A stretch of 64,000 nt of DNA from Octopus sinensis (Eukaryota), in assembly GCF_006345805.1 (NCBI RefSeq), contig NC_043006.1:105586001-105650000 (forward strand). Direction: 5' to 3'. The notes under the pieces are model-generated. The model was not told the origin of the DNA. It saw only the letters and a program-made list of their open reading frames with translations, and did not search any database. Within the stretch, counting starts at the first letter, position 1. Every line of letters starts with the position of its first letter. Positions 12,166 to 25,136 of the stretch are shown in pieces. Both the position numbers and the translations under genes were made by a program.

Positions 12166-12261
12166 GGCTCTGAAGACGATAGCATTCCAAAGATAGTTCT
12201 CCATATGCTTTCAGTCAAACAATGAACGCACCCAAATGCATATCTGAAACAGCTGTAAGCC
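12166..12261 (+). ncRNA. Type-I hammerhead ribozyme motif with a long stem/loop II
   Basis: GGCT CTGAAGA c GATAGCATT..AATGCATATC t GAAA CAGCTG TA AGCC: stem I GGCU/AGCC, palindromic stem III (ACAGCTGT), GUA triplet ending at 12257. Confidence 0.7.
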
Positions 12262-12362
12262 TTTAATAAATAAATAGATGTATATAACCCTTATGTCTGT
12301 CTATTATTTTATATATTCATACATACATACATACATACATATGATATTATATATATATATAT

Positions 12363-12406
<44 letters not shown>

Positions 12407-12582
12407 ATTATATATATAAATAATAAATATAGGGAATAAATCCAAATACAGGGAAAAAATCAGATTTAGGATTGTTGAATCCAATTTTATAGTAAAATAT
12501 TATATTATATAAATTATATTAAATTATATTATATTTCATTGTTGATTTGCCTAATAGTGGTTTTGTCTCTAATTTAATATAT

Positions 12583-12654
<72 letters not shown>

Positions 12655-12674
12655 GTATATATATATATATATAT

Positions 12675-12870
12675 ATAAACAAGAAAAAAGCAACAAAAAT
12701 GGATCAATTTTTCGGTACAATTGTTTCATACGAAGACCAGCTTTATTTTTCGGCTGATGAGTACGGGTCACTTATATTTGCTGCAATATTTGCAGCCTTA
12801 ATAAAGCTGGTCTTCGTATGAAACAATTGTACCGAAATATGATCCATTTTTGTTGCTTTTTCTTGTTTAT
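12675..12870. repeat. ~72-bp inverted repeat (fold-back) embedded in (TA)n
   Basis: 12675-12747 is the reverse complement of 12800-12870 with only a few differences; ~50-bp spacer. Confidence 0.9.
12748..12837 (+). ncRNA. Type-I hammerhead ribozyme motif with an intact core
   Basis: TTTCGG CTGATGA GTACG..CGTAT GAAA CAATTG TA CCGAAA: 6-bp stem I, canonical core, extra hairpin GCTGCAA/TTGCAGC in loop II, palindrome ACAATTGT, GUA triplet ending at 12831. Confidence 0.85.
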
Positions 12871-12982
12871 AATCACCCCGCATAATCTTATGGTTAATAC
12901 CATATAGATTTCTGGTGCACCTAAGTTAAGTACCGCATTCATGTGAATTCAACAGAACTCACTTGAATCTTAATTGCTTTTA

Positions 12983-13056
<74 letters not shown>

Positions 13057-13439
13057 GTGTATATATATATATATATATATGTATGTATATATACATATAT
13101 ATATATAATATAATATATATGTATATATATATGTATATATTATATGTATATATATATGTTATATGTATATATGTATGTGGTGTGTGTGTGTATGCGTGCG
13201 CGTGTGTGCGTGTGTGTATAATATCATTCAAAATGAAAGAAATTACCATCTTTTTTGCTTGATGCCTTGAAAACTGTGGAAATTATTTCCACATGAAACT
13301 ACTGGATTATTAGTAGCATTATTAATCTACAAATAAAGAATATTTTCCCACCAATTCTGGTGTCGAGCCCTTATTCTCATTGCTTGATATATCATATATG
13401 CATAATACATACATACATACATACATACATACATACATA

Positions 13440-15283
13440 CAAAATTCGCCAGAAATGTATACACACTTCAGGGAAAGAGAAATTGTAGAAATATTTTAAT
13501 ACTAAATTTATTGATTTAACGGGATTCATACAAGTTACCTTTAACCTTTTTTTCCCTTGTTGGCTTTCTTCTACGTGCATACCATTTAAAAAGCATAATT
13601 CTAAAAAAAAGTTTCAGAAATGTTTTCATTTTCAAAATACCGTAATTTTTACATTTGGTAATATGTGATATTGAAAAGTTAGGTTGCTTCGATCAACTGT
13701 TGACGTATGACATCGTCAATGGGCATTATTTTGAGAATAAAAGAATTCGAAATATTCTTATGATTTCTTGATTTTATTGTGAGCAACGGTGACGAAATGG
13801 TAGAGGTACAGTTTTCGTTTAAGGAACGTAAAATCTTTTTAAAGAGGTATTTCACATTTGAGAATTTTGTTGAAGTGCAACGTCAATGGAGGCGTGTGTT
13901 TGGAGCAGAACCTCTAACACACCTGACAGTTTCACGGATTCGTGATAAGTTCGAAATACATGGTACCGTGTGCAATGTGCAGACCTCGTACAATAATATG
14001 TGCTGCTTCCTCAGTTATGGTGTTAGAACATTTCATACATTCACTACAGAAAGCACAGTGAGTACGCGAGATAGGAATAAGCAGTACAAGCATACGGCAC
14101 ATTCTTAAAAGAACTAAGTGGAACATTTTTCAGCCAAAGATTATTACATTATAATGAGATCCTGATCGAAGAATCGAGTTTTATGAGTGGTTTCAAAACA
14201 GTAAGCGAGGAAGAAGAGCATGTGAGAACGGTTGTGTGGTCTGATGAAGCACAATTTAAGTTAAATGGAACCATGAACCGACATAATTGTGTTTACTAGG
14301 CACCAGACAATCCTTGCCTGCCAGATAATGTCTGGTGTGGAGTATCATCGTAAAGCATAATAGGTCCATTTTTCTTTGAAGGTACTGTCACTGGTCAAGC
14401 ATACATAGAAGTGTTAAAAAAGTAAAGACTCCTTCGATCATGAATGACCATGGGATTGAACCTAGAAAGTTCCCCTTCCGAGGCACACGTTCGGGCAAAG
14501 TTGTTTTATGGAAGACCAGCAGTCACCTATGTATACCAGCCTCCTCTTTCCACGCCGCCGATGTTATCCAAGGGAAAGACAAAGGGACCGACACAGCTCG
14601 GCACCAGTGACGTCGAAGCTCATTTCTACAACTGAATGAACTGGAGCAATGGGAAATAAAGTGTCTTGCTCAAGAGCACAACGCACGGCCCGGTCTGGGA
14701 ATCGAACTCACTACCTCGTAATTGTGAGCCCGATGCTCTAACCACTGAGCCATGTGTTTTCACATAGAAATGCTACGCACGTTCATTTTACCTGCCATAC
14801 ATGTTCTTTAGGGAAACGATGAAGTTTTTTTTTCAACACGGCAGCGCACCGCCACACCACTGCCGAGACGTGTAAGCTTGCCTGGATGGGAATATGCAAG
14901 GACACTCGATAGGACGAAGAAGTGCAGTTGAGTAACGCGCACGTTCTACTGATTTAAGGCCTGCAGAATTTCACTTATTGGGCACCGTATAGGATGTTGT
15001 GTATTGCAGAAAACCGGCGGCACTTACAGTCTTTCGGGAAGAAGTTGAAATAGTATGTATAGCAATCCCACTGGATACTTTGGCCAACGCTACTCAAGCA
15101 GCAGTTCATCATGCTAATAAGTGTCTGTAAGATAAGGGTCTACACTTGTAGACCCTTATCTTGTGATTGTAGAGGTGAAAGGTAACTTGTATTGATTCTG
15201 TTATATCTGAATAAATTTAGAATTGAAATAGTTATACAGGTTTTTCTTTTCTTGAAGTGTGTATGTATTTTCTTGGCAGAATG
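13440..15283 (+). mobile_element. Degenerate Tc1/mariner-superfamily transposon, DD41D-type, with ~105-bp TIRs
   Basis: N-terminal YFTFENFVEVQRQWRRVFG..; [21 protein letters not shown]; FQH(G)SAPPH...41 residues...STDLRPA(E)F matches QDGAPPH..WP.RSPDL.PLDF; 13440-13545 is an imperfect inverted copy of 15175-15283. Confidence 0.8.
14417..14761 (-). mobile_element. tRNA-derived SINE, family B, inserted in the DD41D transposase with a ~14-bp TSD
   Basis: Flanked by ACATAGAAGTGTTA (14403-14416) and ACATAGAAATGCTA (14762-14775); homologous to 15300-15640. Confidence 0.85.
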
Positions 15284-15299
15284 TAGATACATACATACA

Positions 15300-15640
15300 T
15301 GCTGAAACCCCCTTCGGCGATGACTGACCATGGGATTGCACCTAGAAAGTTACCCTCCCAGGCACAAGTCCGGGCAAGGTTGTTTATGGAAGACCAGCAG
15401 TCGCCCATGCATACCGGCCTCTTCTCTCCACACCACCGATTTTATGCAAGGGAAAAGCAAAGGAGCCGATACAGCTTGGCACCGGTGACGTCGCATCTCA
15501 TTTCTACAGATGAGTGGACTGGAGCAACGTGAAATAAAGTGTCTTGCTCAAGAACAGAATACGCAGCCGGGTCCGGGATCCGAACTCACACCCACGCGAT
15601 CGTAAGCTCGATGCTCTAACCACTGAGCCATGCACCTTCA
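15300..15640 (-). mobile_element. tRNA-derived SINE, family B
   Basis: Head AAGGTGCATGGCTCAGTGGTTAG..GAGTTCGGATCCC; central TTGAGCAAGACACTTTATTTCAC; flanked by (CATA)n. Confidence 0.85.
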
Positions 15641-15714
15641 CATACATACATACATACATACATACATACATACATACATACATACATACATACATGCATA
15701 CAAATAAGATGATA

Positions 15715-15963
15715 ATTTATTTTCGAATGTGGAGACGCCGTTAGAACACGTGGTTGCACATTTAATTTTAAAAACGTCTAAAAAGGAGGGTTGAATTGTC
15801 GGTGGACAGTTTAGTTTATTGGTAAATCTTTTGGCCGTGGTCTTCAAGATATATGGGTTCGAGTGTCATAGCTGTTTGTTGATACTTTTTTTCCCCGCTT
15901 TGTAAGGATAATTTACGCAATGTTTCTGCAGTTCTAACGGTGTCTCTGCGTTCGAAAATAAAT
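15715..15963. mobile_element. MITE-like element with 33-bp imperfect inverted termini
   Basis: ATTTATTTTCGAATGTGGAGACGCCGTTAGAAC vs GTTCTAACGGTGTCTCTGCGTTCGAAAATAAAT, 4 mismatches. Confidence 0.7.
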
Positions 15964-16106
15964 GATATTATTTGTATCTATTTACATATTTCGGCGTTTA
16001 TATATATATATATATATATGTGTGTTTTTTCGTCATAACAGTTTAGAAAAATTGAGAGAACGAACGGCTTACAGTTCTCGCTGGCAAGAACAAAGCTTCT
16101 AAAATG

Positions 16107-16178
16107 GATAGCTTTGGTCCAATGGTAGAACGTCTTTCATGTTTACAGAAGTTTTGGGTTCGTGTCCCACGAGCAACC
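16107..16178 (+). pseudogene. Degenerate tRNA-like sequence (72 nt; Thr-UGU-like loop position)
   Basis: A-box-like TCCAATGGTAGAAC; T-arm TGGG-TTCGTGT-CCCA; 5/7 acceptor, 3/4 D-stem and 4/5 anticodon-stem pairs; anticodon loop non-canonical. Confidence 0.35.
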
Positions 16179-16554
16179 CTGACTATTTTTATCACAAAGG
16201 GCATTTTTGACCCAATATTTACATGCTTTATCTTTATTAGCTTTATCTTCTTGGACAACTACAGTAAGAAACGAATCGTATGTACGAATCGTATGTAATC
16301 TCCTATCAATCCTATTACTCAATCTGTCATAAGGTTATTAATAAGAAATCTGGAGCATATTGCTGCATGCCTGCGTATGTAGGTGTGCACACTCACACAT
16401 ATATCGACACATATACATATACAGATAAATGTATACATACCCTACACGCACATATATATGTATACACACAGACACACACGCGCACGCACACACACTCACA
16501 CAGACATACACACACACACAGAGAAACACACACATATATGTATCCATGTATTAG

Positions 16555-16870
16555 AAGGCGTGTGGCTTAGTGGTAAGTGTATTCGACTCATGATCGTAAG
16601 GACGTGTGTTCTATTCCCAGTTGTGGATTGTGTCATTGAGTAAACTACTTTATTTTACGTTGTCTTCAGTCCACTCAGCTGGCAAAAATGAGCTGTACCC
16701 GCCTTTCTAAAAGGCCATCCTTGTTACATTCAGTGTCACACAGAATATCTCTGAGGACTACGTTTAGAGTACACATGTCTTTGGAGTACTCAGCCACTTG
16801 CACGTTAATTTCGCGAGTAGACTTCTGTTGATCGGATCATTTGGAACCATCGTCATCGTAACCGACGGAG
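16555..16870 (+). mobile_element. tRNA-derived SINE, family B (second tail type)
   Basis: AAGGCGTGTGGCTTAGTGGTAAG head; tail CAGCCACTTGCACGTTAATTTCGCGAG shared with 21382-22110. Confidence 0.8.
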
Positions 16871-18276
16871 AGTCCGATATGAATTTATGTATACATATAT
16901 ACATAAACATATATATGTATGCGTGTCTGTATAAGTATGTGTGTATGTAGCTAACATATATATATATATTATATCTATCTAGTGACATAGTTTTCTTATA
17001 TACGTCATGAAATACTTGATTATGCATGGACATCAATTTTGATTTACATGCACGTACATAAACAGCCAGAACGTGTATGCGTATATATATATAAATGCAC
17101 ATAATTTATATATATATATATATATATACGTGTGTACACTTTTAATCATATTTAGCGATGTTTGGCGTATATAGTGTCATATATTCACAAATGTATTTTT
17201 GATTTCGCTAGCAGTTGGTTATCAAACCGATTGGGATAGGGTTATCTCTGACCTTTCTACCACCAGCAAAAGTAGTTTATGAAAACTGTGGATATATAAT
17301 CTTTGTAGTCGTTTGATTTTTATCCAAAAATCAATTTTCTCCCACGTAAGAGTGCTCAGAACACTGTCTACTAACAGAGCAATGGAAAATAATCTCGCTC
17401 TCCTTTTCTGTTTTTCTTTCTTTTTCAATCGGTCTTTCTGTCTGTCTGTCTCTCTTTCTTTCCTGGTGGCTGTCTCTCTCTTCCTACCTCTCTCAAATGC
17501 ATCATGAATCATGACGAATGAACAGATTTTTTCGCTCATATCTGGAGATCTATGGTCATGCAAATGAAACACAATGTATGTTTGCTGTGTCTCTCAGTTA
17601 GTGAATATGCCATTTAGCAAGCAATGCGGGAAATGACATCAACAACACCACGGAAGAACAAAGAAAACAACAATGAAAAGAGGAAAACAAAAATAAGTAA
17701 AATACAGCATAAATAAAAGAAGCCGAAAAATATAAAAGACATCACAAAGAGGCTTAGAGATTATTCCTGATTTCTTTATGGCCATAAAGTGTTATATCGT
17801 AACTCTTCTTTCAAAAGAGGCGAATTTGTACAGCTTAGACGTCCGGTCATTTATATGGGTGTCGCTTTCGCTGAGCAAGTCTGCAAGCTATACTGCCTAC
17901 CAGCCTACAAGCCGACCAGCTTACCAGGCAGGAAATCTCGCATAAGAATGGTAGAAATGGAACCAACGTTATTTCAATACAAGTGCATGATTTTAAGATA
18001 CACACCTCTTTGAAGATCTTCAAAAAGATGTTATTATCATTCTTTTTTAAAATATTTATACGTAGTGTTAGATTTGCACGCACAGACGTTACAACGTTGA
18101 CATCAAGAGTGAGGTCAGTCCAAGATTTTGATCGTATTGATAGAGAAACGATGGAGAGAAATAAATAAATAAATAAAATGCTTGGAAGGTTGATGGACAA
18201 AGGAAGTAATTATTTCAGGGAAAGACAGCCATGGATACGTACATACATACATACATACATACATACATACATACAT

Positions 18277-18307
<31 letters not shown>

Positions 18308-18388
18308 TGTATATTCAAAACGTAGAAATATCTAAAGAGCAGTCACATATATGGTGTTGGTACATGAACATATATATTTATGCATCTG

Positions 18389-18464
<76 letters not shown>

Positions 18465-18466
18465 CG

Positions 18467-18554
<88 letters not shown>

Positions 18555-18569
18555 AGCAAAGTGAAATTA

Positions 18570-19238
18570 TACATCCAAAGCAAACACACACAGAAACACA
18601 TACAAATATACAAAATCACACACACACACACAAGCAATGCAAACCTCTGACGCAAACACACACACACACACGCACAAACACAATACCCCCACACTAGAGC
18701 ACCGACCCACACACATTCCAAGAAAAAACACATACATATATACACTTGTAATATGATTCTAGCAACCATAACCAACACTCACACACACATATACACATAT
18801 GTAAACACGTACATGCACACACCTACACACACCACTCCGAAACTACAAATCCTATTCACACAAACACACCCACACATACACAGATACACAAACACACACG
18901 CAACTACAACACAGCCCACATAAACACATAAGCATTTATGCACACAATACGCCCGTACCCCAGGAATAAAACGACACACTGAAAAGAGGAAGACACACAA
19001 TGCAATCGCAACAACCACAACAAATACTCACAAACACACATACACACAAGCATGCACACACACAATGACACACACACAAACACAGCCACACATATACACA
19101 CACTGCACTAATAGTACAGACAAAGCAAATCACTCACAAATGCAGCACACACACATGTGCACACACACACATGTGCACACACACACTCACATGTGCGCGC
19201 GCACACATACACACACCCGGAAACTACATAAACCATAC

Positions 19239-19273
<35 letters not shown>

Positions 19274-19960
19274 AACGCATACCCAATACCAACACACACA
19301 AAACGCATATGCACACACATACACACCACCCAGATAAACCCAACATACATGGACACACAGAACCCCTGATAAATACAACACATTTACACGCACATACACA
19401 TTCACACATACACACACACATACATATGCACCTTCACACACACATACAGTTGCTCACATACACATACACACCACAAGGACAACTAAAACACAAACTCAGA
19501 GACACACACACACTCATGTACACACACATTCTCGTACACACATATAACATCCCCACCAACACAAAAAACACACAAACATACACGCGCGCACACACAGACG
19601 CACACATACATACACGCGAACAAACACATATACACACACACAACACCATGACAAATACCAATCACACACTCAACATCAGGGCAATCATAACAATACAAAA
19701 AAACTCAGACAGAGACTCACACACACACTCATGTACACACACACTCACATACACACACATAACATCCCCACCAACACAAAAAACACACACGCATCCACAG
19801 ACGCACACATACACAGACGCGAACAAACACATACACACACTTGAGCACACACAACACCCTAACAAATATTAATCACACACAAACGTGCACACATGCACAC
19901 ATACCATCCTACCAAATATAAAACACACACAGACACATTTACATACACCACAATAAACTC
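18570..19960. repeat. Cryptic CA-rich low-complexity tract with an internal ~210-bp duplication
   Basis: CATAACATCCCCACCAACACAAAAAACACAC-type block at ~19545 and ~19760; strong A/C strand bias. Confidence 0.8.
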
Positions 19961-20049
19961 TGGGACCAATCAAAAACGGCTCCATACACACAAACACACA
20001 CCATTCTGACCTCTAAGGCCAGTCCCCCAAACCACTGAACCATGAAAGA

Positions 20050-20096
<47 letters not shown>

Positions 20097-20339
20097 CGCA
20101 TACCTATATGCGATGGTTTTGTTAAACAGTTTCGATTTTTACAATTCTGTAAATAATAATTGTATTTTATAACCTTAAAGCCTACAGTATTGATGAGAAA
20201 TAGCCCGAGGGCTATAAACAATATCGAACATACTTACCTTGAGTATGTGTGTCTGATATTGTATATATATAAAGAAGTGTGATTGTATATGTATGTATAT
20301 GCATAAACAACTACCTAGACTCCGTTATGGAGCAAAACA

Positions 20340-20800
20340 AGCGGACTGTAGCCAAGAAATCAGAGCAATACTCAATGTTGCAAGATTGTCTCTGAGGTCA
20401 CTTAGAACAATATAGAGAAACTGCGTCTGCAGCAACGGTATCAAAGCCGAAGCTTTAGGACCCTGCTTTGGCCAGTAGTGCTGTGTAAGTTTGAAGCATG
20501 GACCCTAAGGGTGACTGATATTAAGCAACCGAAGGCGTTCGAGAGAAACTGCTGCATGCGGGTGCTACGGGTAGGTTCGTTGAACAGTAGAACAACCAGC
20601 TCAGGGCTGGGAGAGATGGGAACAGAACATTTTGGCTATGTTATTAGGGTTCAAAACCTCCCTACACACATGCTTGGAGGCTGGGTGGATAAGAAACAGG
20701 ATCATAGATGACGAAAATGGAATGGTGACATCAAGAACTGGACGGACAGGACCACAGTGGAGGATATAGTTGTAGTAGCAGACCATAGTTTGCAGTGAGG
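20340..20800 (+). mobile_element. Degenerate RTE-clade LINE 3' fragment
   Basis: LLWPVVLCKFEAWTLRVTDIKQPKAFERNCCMRVLR and HFGYVIR...KWNGDIKNWT match the RTE post-RT pattern LYGCE.WTL...RL.AFE..C.RR.L and YFGH..R...RW.D.IK.WTG. Confidence 0.7.
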
Positions 20801-21381
20801 TCCATGACCTTTAGGCACGAGGACAGTGTAATCAATGAACTGTTTAGGTGTGTGTGCGTGTGTATGTATGTGCATGTGTGTGTGTGTGCGTGCGATTTTT
20901 CTATCTTTTGTGTTGGAAAAATATAAAAGTGCTCAATACGACCTCGCGTAAAAAGTGTAAAATCTGAAACACGCTTATATATGAAGTGTCCAGGGATTAT
21001 CCGAACCCTTACACCCTTACACACACACATACACACACACACACACACCCTTACACACACACACACCCTTACACACACACACACACACACACACAAGCTG
21101 AATGTGAGAAGTTGTAAAGTATGGATTAAAGTTGAATACTGGGCGTTGATACAGTGATGCAGTTTAATAGTTTACAACTGAACTAACGCAGAGAACGTCG
21201 AAGCGGATATAAAAATGATGAGAGAGGAAACACAGTAATACGATGGAGATTAATGATTGTAAAAGATTTGTGAATAAAGAATTGTCAGAATTATCAGCTG
21301 GATATTCTTTTTCGCAGTGAAGACTGTGTGGTTTATAATTTTCACAACTGAATTTATTATTGCTGCGAAGATAGCAATTAT

Positions 21382-21782
21382 GAAGGTGTGTGGCTTAGTG
21401 GTTAGGGTATTCAGCTCATGGCCGTAAGGTCGCGAGTTCGATTCCCGGTGGCGCGTTATGTCTTTGCGCAAGACACTTTATTTCACGTTGTGCCAGTTCA
21501 CTAGGCTGTAGAAATAAGTTGTACTTGGATTTCAAAGGGCCAGCCTTGTCATACTGAACCACCTTGTGAATTACGTTAAGGGTACACGTGTCTGTGGAGT
21601 GTTCAGCCACTTACTCCTTTACTCTTTTACTTGTTCCCGTCATTTGACTGCGGCCATGGTCGAGCAAATCGACCCCAGGACTTATTCTTTGGAAGCCTAG
21701 TACATATTCTATCGGTCTCTTATGCCGAACCGCTAAGTTACGGGGACGTAAACACACCAGCATCGGTTGTCAAGCGATGTTG

Positions 21783-21834
<52 letters not shown>

Positions 21835-22110
21835 TATACACACATACATATACATATATATGATGGGCTTCTTTCAGTTTCCGTCTACCAAATCCACTCA
21901 CAAGGCTTTGGTCAGGCCGGGGCTATAGTAGAAGACACTTGCCCAAGGTGCCACGCAGTGAGACTGAACCTGGGACCATGGGGTTCGTAAGCAAGCTACT
22001 TACCACACAGCCACTCCTACGCCCGTTAATTTGCACGTTAATTTCACGAGCAGGCTGTTCCGTTGATCAGATATGCTGGAATCTTTGTCGACGTAACCGA
22101 CGGCGTGACA
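21382..22110 (+). mobile_element. SINE family B interrupted by a family A SINE (21612-22023, minus strand)
   Basis: The host reads ..GTTCAGCCACTT | insert | ..TTGCACGTTAATTTCACGAG, which is contiguous in the copy at 16555-16870. Confidence 0.85.
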
Positions 22111-22134
22111 GTTAGTTTATAATAATTATGATTA

Positions 22135-22320
22135 AGGTGGTGAGCTGGCAGAATCGTTAGCATGCCGGACTAAATGTTGCTAAGCATTTAGTCCGTCTTT
22201 AGGTTCTGAGTTCAAATTCCACCGAGGTCGACTTTGTCGTTTATCCTTTCGTTCTAGTCGGGCCCTGAAGTCGATGTAATCGACTAGCCCCATCCTGGCC
22301 TTGTGCCAAAATTTGAAATC
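22135..22320 (+). mobile_element. tRNA-derived SINE, family C
   Basis: GGTGGTGAGCTGGCAGAATCGTTAGC head; GAGTTCAAATTCC B-box; GAGGTCGACTTTG core. Confidence 0.8.
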
Positions 22321-23532
22321 TATATAATAATTATGACTAAATGAAGAAAAATTACGCTAAAAGTATCAACCAAAACATTACAGCCTGCTGTCTTTATATA
22401 AGGGACACATTGGATAATGTAGCCCGGGGCTTGAGATAAAATCGGACTGTCACGGCTGGAATGGCTTTGATCATAGGCCTAATCAATGAGAGAGGACTTA
22501 GGACTAATCAACAGCATATCGTTATTGCAATCGTGTCCCTTTTCCTCCTCCTCCTCCTCTTCCTCCGTTGTCCCCATCACTGTCGTGGTGGTGGTGGTGG
22601 CGGCGGCGGCGGCGGCGGCGACGACGACCACCACCACCACCTCCGCCGCCGCCGCCACCACCACCACCACCACCACGACAGTAACTTCAACTATAACAAC
22701 AACCATGTTAACGCATGTTTGCTTTTATTTTGTTGTTTACCGTTGAAGGTCATGTCTGTTTTTTTTTCACCCTCTGTTAAAGATCTCTTTGTTAATTGCA
22801 TACGTATGAATAAAAAAGGCCACGCCTGCATTTGTGGCTATCATCCATTATCCACGAATTGAATTATTTTGGATTACTATACTGTTATATATCTATGACG
22901 TCAATACCGGATTATACAACCGTAACGAATTATTTTCTTTTTCTCTGCCTTTCAGCTTAAAAGCAGTTTCCATAAAGATTCTTTTATTTATTTATTTAAA
23001 TTATATTCCTTCTTCACCTTCTTCACGTCACCTCCTTTTCATCTCACCCCCCTCTCATTTGTTTTCCTTTCTTGTTTTGTCAATCACTTTCTTTTTCGTT
23101 TCCTCTTTTTTCTTACTCTTATAAAAAACAAAAAAACAATAAAAAACAAATACAAAAACGAAAACAAAACAAAGCAAAGAATCTAAATTCAAAAACCAGA
23201 AAGCAACATCGTACGACAAAGTCGCTTTTTTTCGCTTTCAAATTTTGTCATCTGTTATGATTGATAAACTGTATACAATCATGTTAGAGGGTCCGCCGTC
23301 GTTTTCTACGATGTGCACATACATACATACATACATTCATACGTACATACATGCATACATACATACATGCATACATACATACATGCATACATACATACAT
23401 GCATATAACTATCTATCTGTCTGTCTGTCTGTCGCTCTATCTGTATGTTTGTCTATCTATGTATGCGTATATATATATAAATATAACATTTACAGATATA
23501 TAAATATTATATATGTATATGTGTATATATAG

Positions 23533-23603
<71 letters not shown>

Positions 23604-23846
23604 CACATGTATTTCTCTCTCTATATATATAAATATACACATAATTGTTTTCTGAGGAAATGAGGCCAAATAATTAAGTTCGCATATATATATGTATATA
23701 TTAATAGCAACATCAATACATACATACATACATACATACATGCATACATACATACATACATGCATATATATATATATATACATACATATATATATATTAT
23801 TTATATATATATATAATATTTATATTTATACATATATATATATATA

Positions 23847-25136
23847 CACGAGGGAGAGTCAAAAGTTATATGCACTCTTGCTTTTTCAGTGTATTTATAT
23901 AAAAACAGGGGATAAACAAGTACGTCATATTTCTTTATAGTCCCCTTCCTTTTCGATGCACCTTGGTTCACCGGTCCACAGGCTTTCGTATTTTGGTTGG
24001 TCGTGTAACCACTCATGCACCGCTTCCTTCACATCTTCATCCGTAGGAAATCGACGACCTCGTAAACAATCTTTCAGCGGTCCAAAGGTATGATGGTCGG
24101 AAGAGGCGAAATCTGGGCTGTAAGCAGGGTGTTCCAGCACCTCAAAACCCAATTGGTTAATGGTTTCAACGGTCCAGGCGGCCGTGTGTGGGCGTGCATT
24201 GTCATGCAACAACAAAACTCTCTTCGACAATAGAGTTCGGCGTTTGCTGCGAATTGCTGGCTTCAGTTTGTTGGCGAGCAAAGCACCATATCTTGCACTG
24301 ATGATCATACACTCCTTTTCCAACTAGTCTTCCAGTAGAGGCCCTTTTGAAACCCCCAAAAGAGCTAGTATCACCTTTCTCGCAGGAGACTGAGTTTTGA
24401 AATTCTTTGTCGCTAGCGAGCCAGAATGTTTCCCTTCCATACTCTGTCTTTTATATTCTACCTCATAATGATCGACTCGCACTTCATCTCCTGTAACTAT
24501 TCTGCTCAAAAATTCCTCGCCTTCATTGTTGTAGCGATTGAGTAAACATTGGCAGACCTCAAGACGTTTGCGCTTGGGCTCTGCAGTAAGCTCCCTTGGC
24601 ACCCATCTTGCACAGACTTTATGGAAGCCGAGCTCATCGCGGATGATTTGATAGGCAGAACCATGACTAATCTACAGAGAACGAACTACCTCATCGATGA
24701 TAACTCGCCGGTTCACCACTACTATCTCTCAAGCTTGCTGAATCTTCTCGTCAGTGATGGAGGTTGACGGGCGTCCTGATCTCTCTTCGTGCGTCACAAT
24801 TGTCCGACCACTTTTAAACTTCTCGATCCACTCATACACACTTCTACGCAATAGTGTACTGTCCCCGTATGGTGCTAAAAACCTCCGATGAATTTCAGCA
24901 CCTGACACACCTTCCGACCAGAGAAATCGTATCACTGCTCTTTGTTCTTCTTTGGTGCACATTGCTATTGGGGCGATCATGCTTACGCTGTAAAACCAGA
25001 GAAAAATGGCGCGACCAGGCTCAAACTCCGATCACGTGGCCACAGTAGTACCAACTATAAGTACGCATATGCAGAAGGCAGTGTGACAATAAAGATATGT
25101 TATGGTGCAGAAGTGCGGATAATTTTTGACTTCTCG
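23847..25136 (-). mobile_element. Full-length (1290 bp) mariner transposon, DD34D
   Basis: TA-flanked imperfect TIRs (CACGAGGGAGAGTCAAAAGTTAT / ATAATTTTTGACTTCTCG); WVPRELT, TGDE, HDNARPH and YSPDFASSD motifs; 34 residues between the second and third Asp. Confidence 0.95.
23925..24980 (-). pseudogene. Mariner transposase pseudogene (351 codons, no frameshift, 3 nonsense codons)
   Basis: ORFs 24729-24980, 24324-24602 and 23925-24323 share one frame; one further TAG lies in the 24603-24728 interval. Confidence 0.9.

Noticed and set aside
17780-18130. Short protein-like frames with possible AG/GT boundaries (e.g. 18066-18113)
   Set aside because: Weak splice signals, several competing frames, no homology.
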